NCBI GenBank assembly: GCA_964482395.1
Contig: CAYZXK010000195.1
Coordinates: 1-44,623 of the forward strand
Direction: 5' to 3'
Origin: an uncultured Planctomycetales bacterium
GTDB lineage: Bacteria > Planctomycetota > Phycisphaerae > UBA1845 > Fen-1342
DNA: 44,623 nt
Both the position numbers and the translations under genes were made by a program. Position 1 is the first letter of the stretch, and the number at the start of each line of letters is the position of its first letter. Shown one piece after another: positions 42,908-44,623 of this stretch. Below the pieces are notes generated by a model. That model was given only the letters and a program-made list of their open reading frames with translations, searched no databases and was not told the DNA's origin.

Positions 42908-44623
42908 GCAGACAGGGACTCGGCGTTTTCCGCAGCGTGGTCGTAGGGGCGTTGTGCCTGGCGGCCGGCCCGCAGGCCCCGGCGGCCGCGGAGACCATCT
43001 TCCAGATAACCAGTTTCGCAAGCCCGCCCTGGTCACTGACCTACTACCAGGGGTTCTCCGGCACGGTGGGCGTCACGACGGTCTGGCCGGCAGAGATGGG
43101 CTGGCAAGGCGACCAGATCGACATCGCCTTCGACCTGCTCAGCAGTCCGCCCGCGGACGCGCGACATTACTGCTTCCGGATGGTCGTAAATCAGCACTTC
43201 ACCCAGTCGTTCGATCTGACGCTTTCGGCCGGTCCGACTCTGGATGCCCTGGTGCAGGCGCACGTGGAATACATGGATACCGCTCGGGTGTACATGGCTA
43301 CCATCCCGGTGGACCGGTTTGTAGTGGGCCAGACCAATTACATTCGCATCAAGGGCCTGGGGGTTCTGGTGGGGCCTGGGCAGCCGTCGGGCATTCAATG
43401 GAACAAATGGACGCTGAGCCGGGTTGACGCGCCCGGGGACGTGCCGGCCCTGCGGGCGGACCAGTTGCAGCGGTTGACCAACTACGTTCTGGACGCGATT
43501 TGCGGCTCCGGCCTGGTCCGCGATGCCCTGCCCTACCATCCGTCGGATCCGCCCTATCATCCGGCCACTCCGGATGCCGCCGGCTTTGCCCTGCTGGCGA
43601 TCTGCGCTGCCGATGAACTGGGGCTGGTTTACTACGGCGATGTGGCTGCGGAATGGATTCTGTCGGCCTACGCCGGCCATACGTCCGGGGTGAATCCGGA
43701 CCGGAACGTCAAGGGGCACTGGTGGCACTGGCTGGACGTCGAGACCGGCGGCAAGGCCGCCGGGTGGAACGACGGATACACCACCATCGGCTCGGCCCTG
43801 CTGGTGGCCGGGGCTCTGTTTGCCAAGAACCATTTCCACGATCAGCCGACCATCGCGGCCCTGGCCGACGAGCTGTACGCCACTACCGATTTCGACGCCG
43901 CCATCCATCCGGCCCTGGACGGACGGGTGTATCTGGCGATGGATGCCCAGGGCGGCGAACTTTATGGCTCGGTCAGACCGTGGAACGAGTACATGCTGAT
44001 CGTCAGCCTGGCACTGCGCCAGCCGAACTGCCAGCGGGCGCCCGTGGTGGCGCCGCTGTGGCTGAATGCCGCCAATGTGCCGCACATTTCATTCCAGGGC
44101 ATTCCGACCCTGACCGACAACCCGGGGGCCTTCGCACCGGCCTTTTGGGTCCACCAGAGCCACTTCTTCAACCCGGACTTCGCCACCGATCCGGCTTTCG
44201 AGAGCTACTTCCGCAATCACCAGCGGGCGGACCGGCTTTACTGTGCCATGAATCTGGGGCAGGCGTATCGCTACGGACTGACCGCCGGCGTCGATCCGAC
44301 CGGGTATTTCGCCGACCGGATCTATAACCACCACAATGTCTTCGCACCTGAGGCCGTTCTGGCCTGGGGCGACGTCGATACCATGCTGGAGTTCGCGCAC
44401 GATCAGCCGCCGGGCAGTGACCCGCGTTTCCGCTACGGCCTGACGCGGGTCTCTTCCACCTTGCCGAGCTGGGTGCCGTCAGATGCCGCGCTGGTGGACC
44501 ACGTATTTCTGATGCTGGGCCTGATGGAGAGTATCAAGCCGTTGTTCTTCAAGCAGCGGATGCCGTTCCAGGTCGACGCGGACCTGGACGGCATCCGCTG
44601 CTTGAAGAACAACGGCTTGATAC
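42904..44623 (+). CDS. secreted protein, partial (continues past window end); putative glycoside-hydrolase-like enzyme
   Basis: I translated this by hand; it is absent from the ORF table because it has no in-window stop. Its ATG at 42904 overlaps the GH1 stop (ATGA). The signal peptide is MSRQGLGVFRSVVVGALCLAAGPQAPAAAET, and the frame stays open for more than 573 codons, rich in W, Y and H (WWHWLDVETGGKAAGWNDGYTTIGSALLVAG). The (alpha/alpha)6-barrel hydrolase assignment is a low-confidence guess. Confidence 0.6.
   Translation, partial: MSRQGLGVFRSVVVGALCLAAGPQAPAAAETIFQITSFASPPWSLTYYQGFSGTVGVTTVWPAEMGWQGDQIDIAFDLLSSPPADARHYCFRMVVNQHFTQSFDLTLSAGPTLDALVQAHVEYMDTARVYMATIPVDRFVVGQTNYIRIKGLGVLVGPGQPSGIQWNKWTLSRVDAPGDVPALRADQLQRLTNYVLDAICGSGLVRDALPYHPSDPPYHPATPDAAGFALLAICAADELGLVYYGDVAAEWILSAYAGHTSGVNPDRNVKGHWWHWLDVETGGKAAGWNDGYTTIGSALLVAGALFAKNHFHDQPTIAALADELYATTDFDAAIHPALDGRVYLAMDAQGGELYGSVRPWNEYMLIVSLALRQPNCQRAPVVAPLWLNAANVPHISFQGIPTLTDNPGAFAPAFWVHQSHFFNPDFATDPAFESYFRNHQRADRLYCAMNLGQAYRYGLTAGVDPTGYFADRIYNHHNVFAPEAVLAWGDVDTMLEFAHDQPPGSDPRFRYGLTRVSSTLPSWVPSDAALVDHVFLMLGLMESIKPLFFKQRMPFQVDADLDGIRCLKNNGLI

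Noticed and set aside
43033-44085. 350-aa ORF on the minus strand
   Set aside because: It is antisense to the plus-strand secreted-protein ORF that runs off the window. The plus-strand frame has a signal peptide, is operon-coupled to GH1 and has a protein-like composition.
1-44623. CRISPR arrays, tRNA/rRNA genes, IS elements or prophage genes
   Set aside because: I saw no direct-repeat/spacer periodicity, no tRNA-like cloverleaf candidates in the intergenic regions, and no transposase, integrase or phage structural motifs among the translated ORFs.

Overview
This 44.6-kb window has about 68% GC and is densely coding on both strands. The gene content points to a PVC-superphylum bacterium (Planctomycetota or Verrucomicrobiota): three PEP-CTERM proteins, a DUF1559 prepilin-like protein, two dockerin-like proteins and a flotillin/NfeD pair. 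I see no rRNA, tRNA, CRISPR array, transposase or prophage gene.

The left half is mostly housekeeping:
- a partial thiL
- a protease cluster made of a secreted HExxH metallopeptidase-like protein, a CPBP intramembrane protease and an S41 peptidase
- two paralogous LolA-like secreted proteins
- a TPR/thioredoxin-like protein that looks frameshifted near its 3' end
- a TrmJ-like methyltransferase, an MFS transporter, UvrD/PcrA helicase, galactokinase, fused MsrB-MsrA and class II ribonucleotide reductase NrdJ
- an LPLAT acyltransferase, a second CPBP protease and a small membrane protein that appear translationally coupled

The right half looks accessory:
- a B12-binding radical SAM enzyme followed 13 nt later by a GT-C (GT39/ArnT-like) glycosyltransferase
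- a monocistronic PEP-CTERM gene with a recognisable promoter and a canonical intrinsic terminator
- a membrane-anchored hypothetical followed by an ABC-2 type ATPase with no adjacent permease
- a flotillin/NfeD operon
- a PEP-CTERM, dockerin-like, CBM-like and DUF1559 island
- a GH1 beta-glucosidase, followed by a secreted protein with no domain I recognise (interpreted as a putative glycoside hydrolase) that runs off the window and is missing from the ORF table because it has no stop

Many of the long ORFs in the table are antisense or out-of-frame artefacts of the high GC content, and I rejected them. All functional calls rest on motifs read by eye from the translations, with no database search. 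Starts are partly inferred from ribosome-binding-site-like sequences, and coordinates I counted by hand may be off by about 1 nt.
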